From Chloroflexota bacterium (GTDB lineage Bacteria > Chloroflexota > JAJPGV01), in assembly GCA_036844545.1 (NCBI GenBank), contig DAIUFO010000001.1, positions 25,559 through 67,807 of the forward strand: a DNA stretch of 42,249 nucleotides, in the 5' to 3' direction. Positions 18,930 through 27,395 of this stretch are shown here, one piece after another. Numbering within the stretch: position 1 is the first letter of the stretch; the number at the start of each line of letters is the position of its first letter. The translations under genes were made by a program, and so were the position numbers. A model generated the notes under the pieces. The model saw only the letters and a program-made list of their open reading frames with translations. It did not search any database and was not told where the DNA came from.

Positions 18930-20207
18930 TCAATGGAAACGCGTGGTCTGCCGGCTGAAGCCCTGATTGCTGGAGGATGTATGAATGTACCGCATCTGCA
19001 GCGTCAGCTCTCCGTGCGGATCGACATCGGTGGTGATGAGCCGGCCACCGATGACCTCGTCCACGGGCGGCAAGGTCACCTGCCGGTCACGGGTGCCGAC
19101 GCAAACGATGGCGTCGGCTTCGGGCACGGCGTGGATGAAGCCGGGGTCGTCGTTACCCAGCCCCACGTCGAGGTACACCATGGTCGTCTTGATTCCGGCC
19201 TTTTCGCATTCCTGCACGGCAATCATGGTATCGATGGCCATGTTGCTGCCGTTGATGCCCAGCACGATCGCGGCCTCGGCGCCGAGCAGCTTGGCCAGCT
19301 TGGCGGCGCCCGTGCCGATGCGCTCCTTCTCCACACGCGTGGGCGACTCGTCGCCGAAAAGGATGGAGCCCAGGAAGTTCAGATCGCGTCCATGGCGGCG
19401 ACAGAGCTCCTGGAGCACCGCGTGGTTCTGGTCCCAATAGGTGCAGCGGTAGGCTTGCCGCCAACCGACCAGCGCGCCGTCGAACAGCTCGTTGGGGTGG
19501 ATCACCGTCCCAAATGGCAGTGGCGCGCGAAGCCCATACAGGAACGGGTGTTGGGTGTGGTGCAGGCACACCGTCCGCGGCAAGTCCGGATGGCATTTCG
19601 CCAGCTCGAACGTCTCCACCTCGTCCGGCTCCAGGCTGATTGAGACGCGCCCCAAATGCGCAGCCACTTTGAGGCTCGCGGCGGTGATGGCCCGGTTGTA
19701 GTCGATGGCCGCCGCGCCGCCGCCCAGCACGTCTTTGACGTTCTCCGAGCCGGCGGGGAAAAAGGCCGGGTTCGGCTCGAACTCCAGCACCACGTTGTGT
19801 GTACGGCCAAACGGACTGAAGTCGGCGCCTGGGCCGGACATATCCAGCACTTGCTCGCGGAAATGGGTCTGCTCGCCTGGCACCGGAGAGCTGACCTCGA
19901 CCACGGCCACGCCAGCCAGCCGGTGTGTCCTGCCGCTGCCCACCAGTGTCACATCTGAGACGAAGCCGGGGAACACTCCACCCGGGCCAGCTACCTTCCA
20001 GCGCGGCTCCACGACGTCCAGGCCGTTGACGATGCGCACCGAGTCGCCGGGCTGCGCCAGGTGTACTTGCACAGCGGCAAAATGGGAATCCTCCAGCACC
20101 AGCTGGCGGATCTCGTCGCGGTCGACCGTCAGCGTGTGCCCGTCGAGCGCTGTTCGCGAGCCAAAGGCAACCTCCCGGACCTGGAAAGAGCCGATATCGA
20201 GCCGCAT
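18930..20207 (-). CDS. grdE: GrdE-like proprotein (glycine/sarcosine/betaine reductase protein B alpha/beta precursor family, pyruvoyl-type)
   Basis: 425 aa. MRLDIGSFQVREVAFGSRT.., IHPNELFDGALVG, TYWDQNH.., LNFLGSI and GINGSNMAIDTM resemble GrdE/PrdA-family proproteins. It lies immediately upstream of the grdB-like gene. Confidence 0.8.
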   Translation of the reverse strand: MRLDIGSFQVREVAFGSRTALDGHTLTVDRDEIRQLVLEDSHFAAVQVHLAQPGDSVRIVNGLDVVEPRWKVAGPGGVFPGFVSDVTLVGSGRTHRLAGVAVVEVSSPVPGEQTHFREQVLDMSGPGADFSPFGRTHNVVLEFEPNPAFFPAGSENVKDVLGGGAAAIDYNRAITAASLKVAAHLGRVSISLEPDEVETFELAKCHPDLPRTVCLHHTQHPFLYGLRAPLPFGTVIHPNELFDGALVGWRQAYRCTYWDQNHAVLQELCRRHGRDLNFLGSILFGDESPTRVEKERIGTGAAKLAKLLGAEAAIVLGINGSNMAIDTMIAVQECEKAGIKTTMVYLDVGLGNDDPGFIHAVPEADAIVCVGTRDRQVTLPPVDEVIGGRLITTDVDPHGELTLQMRYIHTSSSNQGFSRQTTRFH

Positions 20208-20210
20208 CGC

Positions 20211-21131
20211 TTACACCTGCAACCTGGGGTCGAGCGCATCTCGCAGCCCGTCGCCGAACAAATTCGTGGCTAACACGGTGATGACCAGCGCAATGCCCGG
20301 GAACAGGCCCAGCCACCAGGCCGTGGACAGGTACTCGCGACCTTGGCTGAGCATGGCGCCCCAGCTGGGCGTGGGTGGCTGCACACCCAACCCGAGGAAG
20401 CTGAGCGAGGACTCGGCGATGATCAGCTCGGCGAACTGGAAGCTGCTGATGACGAAGATCGGCGCCATTACGTTCGGCGCCAGGTGGTGGACGATGATGC
20501 GAGCGTTCCGCGCGCCCAGCGAGCGCGCCGCCTCGACGAACTCGCGCGCTTTGAGGCTGAGCACCGCGCCGCGCACCGTCCTGGCGTAGACCACCCAGCT
20601 GCGCAGCGCCAGCACGATCACCAGGTTCAGCAGGCTCGGCTTGAGCAGCGCCATGACGGCGATGGCCAGCAGCAAGTACGGAAACGACAGCTGGATGTCC
20701 ACGATACGCATCAGCGCTGCGTCCAAGCCGCCGCCATAGTAGCCGGAGATCAGTCCCACCGCCACGCCCACTACCAGCGCGACCAGGACACTGACGCCGG
20801 CAATGGCCAGCGAGGTCCTAGCCGCCCAAATGACTCGCGTGAGCGTGTCGCGCCCCAGCGAGTCGGTACCGATGGGGTGGACTGTGCTCCCACCCACGAT
20901 CCAGGCTGGCGGCTTCAAGCCGTCGCCAAGATGCTGCGCATCAGGCCCGGCCGGCGCAAGGATGGGGGCGGCTAAGGCGACCAGCACCACCAGCGCCAGC
21001 AAGGCGAACCCCACGGCTCCGCTGCTGGTCCGCGCCAGCCGCCGCAGCGTCTCAAAGCGCCGCGGCTCCGCTTCCTTAGAGTCCCCTCGCCCGCTTCGGC
21101 GGGCGAGGGTTAGGGTGAGGGCACTCATCAT
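20211..21131 (-). CDS. ABC transporter permease (DppC/OppC type)
   Basis: 306 aa, with the binding-protein-dependent transport signature region (..SLSFLGLGVQPPTPSWG..). ATGA start/stop overlap with the upstream permease. N-terminal residues 3-17 come from a repeat. Confidence 0.9.
   Translation of the reverse strand: MMSALTLTLARRSGRGDSKEAEPRRFETLRRLARTSSGAVGFALLALVVLVALAAPILAPAGPDAQHLGDGLKPPAWIVGGSTVHPIGTDSLGRDTLTRVIWAARTSLAIAGVSVLVALVVGVAVGLISGYYGGGLDAALMRIVDIQLSFPYLLLAIAVMALLKPSLLNLVIVLALRSWVVYARTVRGAVLSLKAREFVEAARSLGARNARIIVHHLAPNVMAPIFVISSFQFAELIIAESSLSFLGLGVQPPTPSWGAMLSQGREYLSTAWWLGLFPGIALVITVLATNLFGDGLRDALDPRLQV
21084..21121. repeat. repeat copy: CCCTCGCCCGC-TTCG-GCGGGCGAGGG plus TTAGGGTGAGGG
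   Basis: Read directly. It lies inside the 5' end of the permease CDS and is translated on the minus strand as SALTLTLARRSGRGD. Confidence 0.85.
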
Positions 21132-22069
21132 GCCAGCTCCACCCGCTTGTCGAGGTAGCGGTACAGCACGTCAATCGTCAGATTGATGAGCACGAAGCCA
21201 ACCGCCACCACGACCAGCCCAGCCAGCACCACCGGGTAGTCACGTTTGAGGATCGAGTCCAGCATCAGCGTGCCCACACCCGGCCAGGCGAATACGGTCT
21301 CGGTCAGGATGGCCCCCCCCAGGAGTCCGCCGAGCTGCAAGCCGAGGACGGTGACGATGGGATTGAGCGCATTGCGGAAGGCGTGCCTTGCCACCACGGT
21401 GCGGCCTGCCAGGCCCTTGGCGCGAGCCGTCCGGACATAGTCTTGCGACAGCACGTCGAGCATGCCGGACCTCGTGAGCCGCGCCAGAAGCGCCAACAGG
21501 AACATGGCCAGCGAAACGCTCGGCAGGATCAACTGTGCGACGCTGCCTCGCCCCGATACGGGCAGCAGCCGGAAGTGCACCGCGAACACGAGGATCAGCA
21601 GCATGCCCAACCAAAACGTCGGCACTGACTGCCCCAGCAGCACGAAGCCCATGGCCAGGCGATCGAAGGCTGAGCCCCGCTTGACCGCCGACAGCATGCC
21701 GGCCGGGATCGCCACGGCCACCGCGATCGAGATCGCTGCCGCCGACAGCTCCAACGTCGCCGGCAGGCGTTCCAGCACGACCAGCATTGCTGGCTGGGCA
21801 TAGGCGAACGAGCGCCCAAAATCCCCCTGCACGAGGCGCGACAGGTAATGGCCGTATTGGAGGAGGATGGGCTGGTCCAGGCCATACGCCTGCTTGAAGG
21901 CCAGCCGCACCTGGTCGTCCGCCTGCGGTGGCAGCAGGATTTGGGTGACGTCTCCACTGAGCTGCAGCAGCACGAACGCCGCGATCGTCACACCCAAGAG
22001 TGACGGGATCGCCTGCACCAGCCGAGCCAGGGCAAACCGGACCACGCGCCTATTAGGCCATAGCGCCAA
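21128..22069 (-). CDS. ABC transporter permease (DppB/OppB type)
   Basis: 313 aa. The N-terminal RFALARLVQAIPSLLGVTIAAFVLL is typical of DppB. The start is uncertain (TTG 22069 or GTG 22045). Confidence 0.9.
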   Translation of the reverse strand: MALWPNRRVVRFALARLVQAIPSLLGVTIAAFVLLQLSGDVTQILLPPQADDQVRLAFKQAYGLDQPILLQYGHYLSRLVQGDFGRSFAYAQPAMLVVLERLPATLELSAAAISIAVAVAIPAGMLSAVKRGSAFDRLAMGFVLLGQSVPTFWLGMLLILVFAVHFRLLPVSGRGSVAQLILPSVSLAMFLLALLARLTRSGMLDVLSQDYVRTARAKGLAGRTVVARHAFRNALNPIVTVLGLQLGGLLGGAILTETVFAWPGVGTLMLDSILKRDYPVVLAGLVVVAVGFVLINLTIDVLYRYLDKRVELA

Positions 22070-22070
22070 A

Positions 22071-22086
22071 TGGCCTGTTACTTGCT
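22071..22086 (+). promoter_or_regulatory. candidate sigma-54 -24/-12 promoter TGGCCT-GTTAC-TTGCT
   Basis: Exact GG-N10-GC spacing with TGGC and TTGCT cores. It is intergenic and points toward the small ORF at 22098 and the gene at 22332. Confidence 0.3.
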
Positions 22087-22097
22087 ATCGGCAGGGC

Positions 22098-22295
22098 ATG
22101 GTAGTCAACACTTCTCATCCTCCGTATGCAATGGCGGCGCGGAACACTCCGGGCCTCATTTACGCCTTGGGATTCTTCATCTGCATGGCGGCCATCGCCA
22201 TCGCGTTCATGTACTTCCTGCGTCACGGCTTTTTTCTAGTCCACGTCCCCACGATTAACTTCAAGCTTCCCGACCTGCACCTCACCTCGCCATAG
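22098..22295 (+). CDS. possible 65-aa single-pass membrane protein
   Basis: MVVNTSHPPYAMAARNTPGLIYALGFFICMAAIAIAFMYFLRHGFF.. has one clear TM segment. It lies in a less GC-rich intergenic stretch. No homology was recognised. Confidence 0.3.
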   Translation: MVVNTSHPPYAMAARNTPGLIYALGFFICMAAIAIAFMYFLRHGFFLVHVPTINFKLPDLHLTSP

Positions 22296-22331
22296 CGCCG
22301 CCTCCGGGCGATCTGGGACAATCCGGGAGCC

Positions 22332-23087
22332 ATGGAACGACTCCCGATTCAGACCCGGCTCGCCCGGGTCGAACACGACCGCGTGCTTATCCGCGGCCTC
22401 GACCTGTGCCAAGAGCTGCTCGGCAACATCACCTTTGCCGATATGGCGGGCCTCACGCTTATCGGCCGGCTGCCAACCCCAAACGAGCGCCGCATGCTGG
22501 ACGCGGTCCTAGTCGTGCTCGTCGAGCACGGCATGGTCTCCAGCGTCATCACCGCCCGGCTGACGTACGCCACGGCGCCGGAGTCCATCCAAGCTGCCGT
22601 CGCCGCGTCCCTGCTGGGCGCCGGCAGCGTCCATCTCGGCTCATCCGACATCTGCGCCCGCATCCTGTCCGAGGGACTCACCGCGCAGCCGGACCCCAAG
22701 GCCGCCGCCGAAGCCATCGTCCAGCGCTTTGCCAGGGCTCACGAGCGCATCCCGGGCATCGGCCATCGCACCCACTCGGCGGGCGACCCACGCGCCGTTC
22801 GCCTGTTCGCCATCGCCCGCGAAACGGAGGTTTACGGCAAGTACTGTGAGCTCCTGGAGCTGGTGGTCGACGCCACCGAGCGCCACATGAGCCGCCGCCT
22901 GCCCGTCAACGTCACCGGCGCCATCGCCGCCATCTCTCTGGACCTCGGCCTGCCGTGGCAGATCGCCAAGGCCTTTGCCCTCATCGGCCGCACCCTCGGC
23001 ACCATGGCCCACATCCGCGAGGAGATCGAGATGCCCGCCGCCGACGCCATCAGCGCCGCCATCAAAGCCGCGCTGCAAACCGACTAA
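22332..23087 (+). CDS. citrate synthase-like / citryl-CoA lyase family protein (short form)
   Basis: 251 aa. LIGRLPTPNERRMLDAVLVVLVEHGMVSS.., GIGHRTH and the VTGAIAAI pattern resemble the small citrate-synthase-fold proteins. Confidence 0.55.
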   Translation: MERLPIQTRLARVEHDRVLIRGLDLCQELLGNITFADMAGLTLIGRLPTPNERRMLDAVLVVLVEHGMVSSVITARLTYATAPESIQAAVAASLLGAGSVHLGSSDICARILSEGLTAQPDPKAAAEAIVQRFARAHERIPGIGHRTHSAGDPRAVRLFAIARETEVYGKYCELLELVVDATERHMSRRLPVNVTGAIAAISLDLGLPWQIAKAFALIGRTLGTMAHIREEIEMPAADAISAAIKAALQTD

Positions 23088-23135
23088 GCGCTAAGGGGCG
23101 CCAGCGACCAGCCTACACCCTCCCCAAGCAGTCGA

Positions 23136-25529
23136 TTACGGCGCTGAAGCTGCATCCGAAACCGCAAGCGTGAAGTGATCGGCCGGCGCGGACCGGCCGG
23201 GCAGCTTGACCTGGATCCGGCCGACATCGGGTTGGGTGTACATGCCAATCTGCAAGCGTAGGCTTGAGTCGGGCTGTACGCCAATGGGGTACACGTCGTG
23301 GACCACGTCGCCTGCATGCCATAGAGCCGTCGGATAGCTGCCGCCACGCGGCAGCCCGTCCCACTGCCGGACGAGCTTGCCAGCCCCGTCCACGGCATGG
23401 ACGAAAACGGTGTAACTCGCCTGAGGCTTGCGCACAGCCTCCCAATCCACCGTGACGTCCTGCCCTTGCCAGCCGGCGCGCAGCAGGCCGATTTCTCCAT
23501 TGCCGAGCGTGGCCAGCGGCGCCTCCGAGGAGGCACCTTGACTAGCGCCGGCCACCCTGAGGGGGCCGATGCGAATGGCCGTACCGGCCGGCGTGGCGTC
23601 CCCGACCATCGGCAGCCGCTGCTGGCTGAACGTGTCGTAGAAACCCAGCTCGAGCCAGTAGCCAGCAGTGGGCGCCTCTGGTTTGACGTTCAAGTCAAAG
23701 CCGCTGGCCACGAAGTCGCCGGCGCGCCACGGCTCGCCGACGTCCCATAAGTCCGGCGCCGTGGAGACCATCGTGCCCTGCTGGTCGACAAGGTGCAGGA
23801 ACTGGCTGAGATGGTTGGGTAGACGGGCGGGATCGAGGATACGCCACAACAGCGACACTCGGGAAGGCTGCCCCGCGGCGAGCGGCTCGGCCAGGTAGCC
23901 CTGCACCTGGATGGCGTTGTCGACATTGAGGTTCAGCGGCACGTACGACGATCCGCTGAACACCTGAGCCTCGGCATGCTCAGGCAGCTGAAACAGGCCC
24001 AGTTCTGGCTCGCCCGCGTCATTCCGAACTGTGGTGGCTGCCGGCCCGAAGTGCTGCGACAGGAATCGATAGCCGAACGTATCGTTCTGCGCGAGGTATG
24101 AGGCGCGCGCATTCGGGAATACGAACACCGACTGGTCCAGGTACCAGCGGTAATCCGGCCGGCCAGCCAGAGCCGGAACCGTCTTGTTGTAGAGGAAGGG
24201 CACGGCGAGATAGAGCTCCTGATTGGCCGCGTCCGAGCGCACAGCATCCGCGGCCGCCAGCGAGTAACGCAGCGGCAGGCCGTAGGCCACCTGGCGAATG
24301 TTCGTGCCAGCGGCTCTCTGAAACGACAGGTAGCCGGCGACGAGGGGGGTCAGCAAGGCGGCCAGCAACGCCGCCGCGCCCACGGTCAAGCCGAGCCGTT
24401 CCACCTTGGGGAAACACCGCACGGCCAACTTGCCGGCGAAGGTCCATAGGTCATGGAGCGCCACGGCTTGTAGGACGGCGATGGCAGGCAGAATTGCCAG
24501 CAGATAGTGCGCGGCGACCCCGTCAGCCGGGCTGAGCACGTCGGAGCTGTGGCGGACGGCGGCGAGGATGGGAATCGCGAACCAGGCGGCTACCACGGTC
24601 CGGCCGGAAGCTCGCCGCCGCCACGTCAAGGCCAGTCCCAATATCAACAGACCGATAAGCAGCCAGCTCAACGGATCGTATGCAAACGAGTTGGGCACAT
24701 CGGGCCCGGGGATCAGCGAGCGGTACATGGCTGGGCCGGCCAGGTGGGCGGCCGTGTCAAGCACGGCCAGGTCGGCAACCTTGTGCAAGCCTAGATAGCC
24801 CGCCAGCTTTGTGACGTCGCTCCAGCCGGTTTGCATTTGGAGATACAGATATGGAGCCAGCGGAACCAGCGACAGCAGCCCGGCGGCGGCAGCCGGCCTC
24901 AGGCCCACCTTCTTGCGGCCAACAATGGCCACAATCACCCACAGCGGCGCCAGGACCGCATTCACGACGTGCAACTGCACGTCCCAACTGAGCGCAAACA
25001 GACTGACCGCCAGGGATAGGGACCGGCCGCGCACGGCAAAGTCAACCAGACCGAGCAACGTCAGGGCCGCGAAGAACGTCCCGAGGTCGGGATTCCAGAT
25101 CATTCGCCCCGAGGTGATGGCCGTTGCGTTGACGGCGTACAGCGCGCCGGCGGCCACGCCCGCGAAGGTGCTGCCGCTGATTCGCTTGGCGATCAGGTAC
25201 ACGATCGGCGCCGCCAGAGCATCCAGCACTGCCACCCAACCGGAGACCCAAACCGGGTTGCGATTCATCGACATCGGCAGGGCCAGCAGATAGGTGACCA
25301 GCGGCGGATGCCTCGCGCCCGTCACCGCGAAGGTGAAGCCACTCGTCAGCGGCAACTGGCCGGTGTCAAGCCACTGGGCCGCGGATTGCAGCAGCTCGAC
25401 CTGATCGTTGAAGAAGCGGGTAAGGTCGATCTGCCACAGCCGCGGCAGGAGCGCCAGAACGAGCACGCCAGTCGGAGCCAGCACACGCCTTATCGTGGGC
25501 CACGCGACCCCACCACCGGGGTCCCTCAC
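23136..25529 (-). CDS. GT-C fold membrane glycosyltransferase (GT39/ArnT/PMT-like) with a large C-terminal extracytoplasmic domain
   Basis: More than 10 TM segments and an N-terminal ArnT/PMT-like loop (LTRFFNDQVELLQSA..GQLPLTSG). The start is uncertain: GTG 25529 (inside the repeat, preceded by GGGAGAGGG) or the track's TTG 25586. Confidence 0.75.
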   Translation of the reverse strand: MRDPGGGVAWPTIRRVLAPTGVLVLALLPRLWQIDLTRFFNDQVELLQSAAQWLDTGQLPLTSGFTFAVTGARHPPLVTYLLALPMSMNRNPVWVSGWVAVLDALAAPIVYLIAKRISGSTFAGVAAGALYAVNATAITSGRMIWNPDLGTFFAALTLLGLVDFAVRGRSLSLAVSLFALSWDVQLHVVNAVLAPLWVIVAIVGRKKVGLRPAAAAGLLSLVPLAPYLYLQMQTGWSDVTKLAGYLGLHKVADLAVLDTAAHLAGPAMYRSLIPGPDVPNSFAYDPLSWLLIGLLILGLALTWRRRASGRTVVAAWFAIPILAAVRHSSDVLSPADGVAAHYLLAILPAIAVLQAVALHDLWTFAGKLAVRCFPKVERLGLTVGAAALLAALLTPLVAGYLSFQRAAGTNIRQVAYGLPLRYSLAAADAVRSDAANQELYLAVPFLYNKTVPALAGRPDYRWYLDQSVFVFPNARASYLAQNDTFGYRFLSQHFGPAATTVRNDAGEPELGLFQLPEHAEAQVFSGSSYVPLNLNVDNAIQVQGYLAEPLAAGQPSRVSLLWRILDPARLPNHLSQFLHLVDQQGTMVSTAPDLWDVGEPWRAGDFVASGFDLNVKPEAPTAGYWLELGFYDTFSQQRLPMVGDATPAGTAIRIGPLRVAGASQGASSEAPLATLGNGEIGLLRAGWQGQDVTVDWEAVRKPQASYTVFVHAVDGAGKLVRQWDGLPRGGSYPTALWHAGDVVHDVYPIGVQPDSSLRLQIGMYTQPDVGRIQVKLPGRSAPADHFTLAVSDAASAP

Positions 25530-25561
25530 CCTAGCCCTCTCCCGCTGCGGCGGGCGAGGGG
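25523..25561. repeat. repeat copy: CCCTCACCCTAG plus CCCTCTCCCGC-TGCG-GCGGGCGAGGG
   Basis: Read directly. It lies between the amidohydrolase stop (25576) and the body of the GT39-like gene. Confidence 0.85.
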
Positions 25562-25575
25562 ATGATTTTGGAAGG

Positions 25576-26427
25576 CTAAATCCCAAGTAGCTTCTTGGCG
25601 TTGTCCAACATGATCTTCTGGCGGACTTCGGGGCCGAAGGGCAGCTCGGCGAACTCCTTCAGGTAGCGGTCGACGTCGATCATCGGCCAGTCGGTGCCGA
25701 ACAGCACCCGGTCCTGGAGCATGGTGTTGGCGTAGTGGACGAGCTGCGGCGGGAAATACTGGGGCGCCCAGCCGGACAGGTCGATGTAGTAGTTGGTCTT
25801 GTGGCGGCACACGGCCAGCGCCTCGTCCTGCCAAGGCCATGAAGGGTGGGCGCCGATGATGGTCATATCCGGAAAGTCGGCTGCGATGTCGTCAAGGTCG
25901 GGTACCGGGCGGGTGTACTGCAGCTTGTAGCCCATGCCGCCGCGCGTGCCCGCCCCGGCGCCCATCATGCCAGTGTGGAACAGGACCACCATTTTGCGCT
26001 TGGCGATTTCCTCCCACACCGGGTAGAAGCGCTTGTCGTTGGCGTGAAACAGCTGCCGGCCGGGATTGATCTCGCCGATGCCCTTCATACCCAGCTCTTC
26101 ATGGCAGCGCTTTACCTCGTCCACGGCCTTCTGGCCGAACCAGGGCTCGATCACCCCGAAAGCAATGAACGTGTCGGGGAACAGCCGCTGAGCCTCAGCC
26201 AGGTGGTCGTTGGGTGCGCCGGGGTTGCCGCTGGACCACTCATCGGTGGAGTTCATGAGCACGGCCATCATGTGCCGCTCGCGGTACATGTCGGCCATGA
26301 CCTCCCAGGGCACCTCTTTGCGCTCGCGGCCGAAGTAGCGCGCCATCTGCGCGGCCCTGGGCCCGGCCGCGGCGTTGGCCACGGCCGTTTGGGGATGGAC
26401 ATGGATGTCGATCGCTTTTAGGTCCAC
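25576..26427 (-). CDS. amidohydrolase-2 family metal-dependent hydrolase (TIM barrel)
   Basis: 283 aa. The N-terminal AIDIHVHP metal-binding motif, then LFHTG.. and LFGTDWP. Confidence 0.8.
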   Translation of the reverse strand: MDLKAIDIHVHPQTAVANAAAGPRAAQMARYFGRERKEVPWEVMADMYRERHMMAVLMNSTDEWSSGNPGAPNDHLAEAQRLFPDTFIAFGVIEPWFGQKAVDEVKRCHEELGMKGIGEINPGRQLFHANDKRFYPVWEEIAKRKMVVLFHTGMMGAGAGTRGGMGYKLQYTRPVPDLDDIAADFPDMTIIGAHPSWPWQDEALAVCRHKTNYYIDLSGWAPQYFPPQLVHYANTMLQDRVLFGTDWPMIDVDRYLKEFAELPFGPEVRQKIMLDNAKKLLGI

Positions 26428-26440
26428 GTCCAGAATGCTA

Positions 26441-27244
26441 CTACTGGCTTACCTGCACAAAGTCGACGTGGAACTCGCCCGCCTGCCTACAGTCGGTGTA
26501 GTTCAGGTGATCGATGTAGGAAGACAGCGCGAAGCCACCGTCAACCAGGTACAGGTCGATCGGGATCGGCCCGGCAGGGCAGTTGGTCGCGAACGGGATG
26601 CTGAACAATCCGTTACTGTCAGTGGTGCCGTAGAGCAGGTTGATGCCCGCCACACGCGCCTGCACGATCATTCCCGGTGCAGGAGTACCGTCCTTGTTGA
26701 TGACGTGGCCGGCCACGTACTGCGTACCCTCGTTCGGGGCTGTGTCGATGCAGGCGAAAGCCTGACCAGCGCCACACATTTGCACCGGCGGATCGCTGAC
26801 CTTCTTGAAGTACCAGGCGTAAATCGGCTTGGGCGTAGGAGTCGGCGGTGGCGGAGGCCCCGGAGTTGGCGTGGGCGCCGCCGGCGGGGCCGGAGCCTCC
26901 CACGGGAAGCGGTCGATATTCAACCGCCGCGCAAGGCCAGCGGGGCCATTGATCCAGGTCTCGTAGCCATTGGTGAAGGCTGTCCAATTGTCCGCTTTGC
27001 GCCACGCCAGCAAGCCTTTGGTGGTATGTTGTTGGGCGTCGCCATTACCGACGAATCCCTGGTTCTCGAGGCAGTCGCCAACGTCGCCGGGCGTCAGGTC
27101 GTGCAGGGTCTTGAAACCGAGGATGAACTGGCAGCCGGGAGCCTGCTGCGCCGCCAGGTCGCCGGCCGATCCCAGCAGGGCGGCGACTACGGCCAGCAAC
27201 GGCAGGACACGGGCTACCCCGCGGATGCGTATAAGAGCAATCAA
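26441..27244 (-). CDS. secreted hypothetical protein with a Pro-rich linker and a carboxypeptidase-regulatory-like beta domain
   Basis: A signal-like N-terminus, a PAPPAAPTPTPGPPPPPTPTP linker and GHVINKDGTPAPGMIVQARV..TTDSNGLFSIPF. Confidence 0.65.
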   Translation of the reverse strand: MIALIRIRGVARVLPLLAVVAALLGSAGDLAAQQAPGCQFILGFKTLHDLTPGDVGDCLENQGFVGNGDAQQHTTKGLLAWRKADNWTAFTNGYETWINGPAGLARRLNIDRFPWEAPAPPAAPTPTPGPPPPPTPTPKPIYAWYFKKVSDPPVQMCGAGQAFACIDTAPNEGTQYVAGHVINKDGTPAPGMIVQARVAGINLLYGTTDSNGLFSIPFATNCPAGPIPIDLYLVDGGFALSSYIDHLNYTDCRQAGEFHVDFVQVSQ

Positions 27245-27395
27245 GGTGTCGCGTAGCTTACACGATAGTGGGCTGCCTCTGAAGATTTATCCCCCAGCTG
27301 TCACATCCGGAGACGATACGAAAACTTAACCACGGGCTTAACCCGGGGCTAATCACTCCGGCTTAGCTTGGAACCAGCACCACAGGAGTACAGGA

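Noticed and set aside
22070-22331. Possible glycine riboswitch or other leader RNA upstream of the grd/ABC operon (minus strand)
   Set aside because: Reading the reverse complement, I could not find the conserved glycine-riboswitch cores or a convincing terminator/antiterminator pair. A covariance-model scan would be needed to exclude it.
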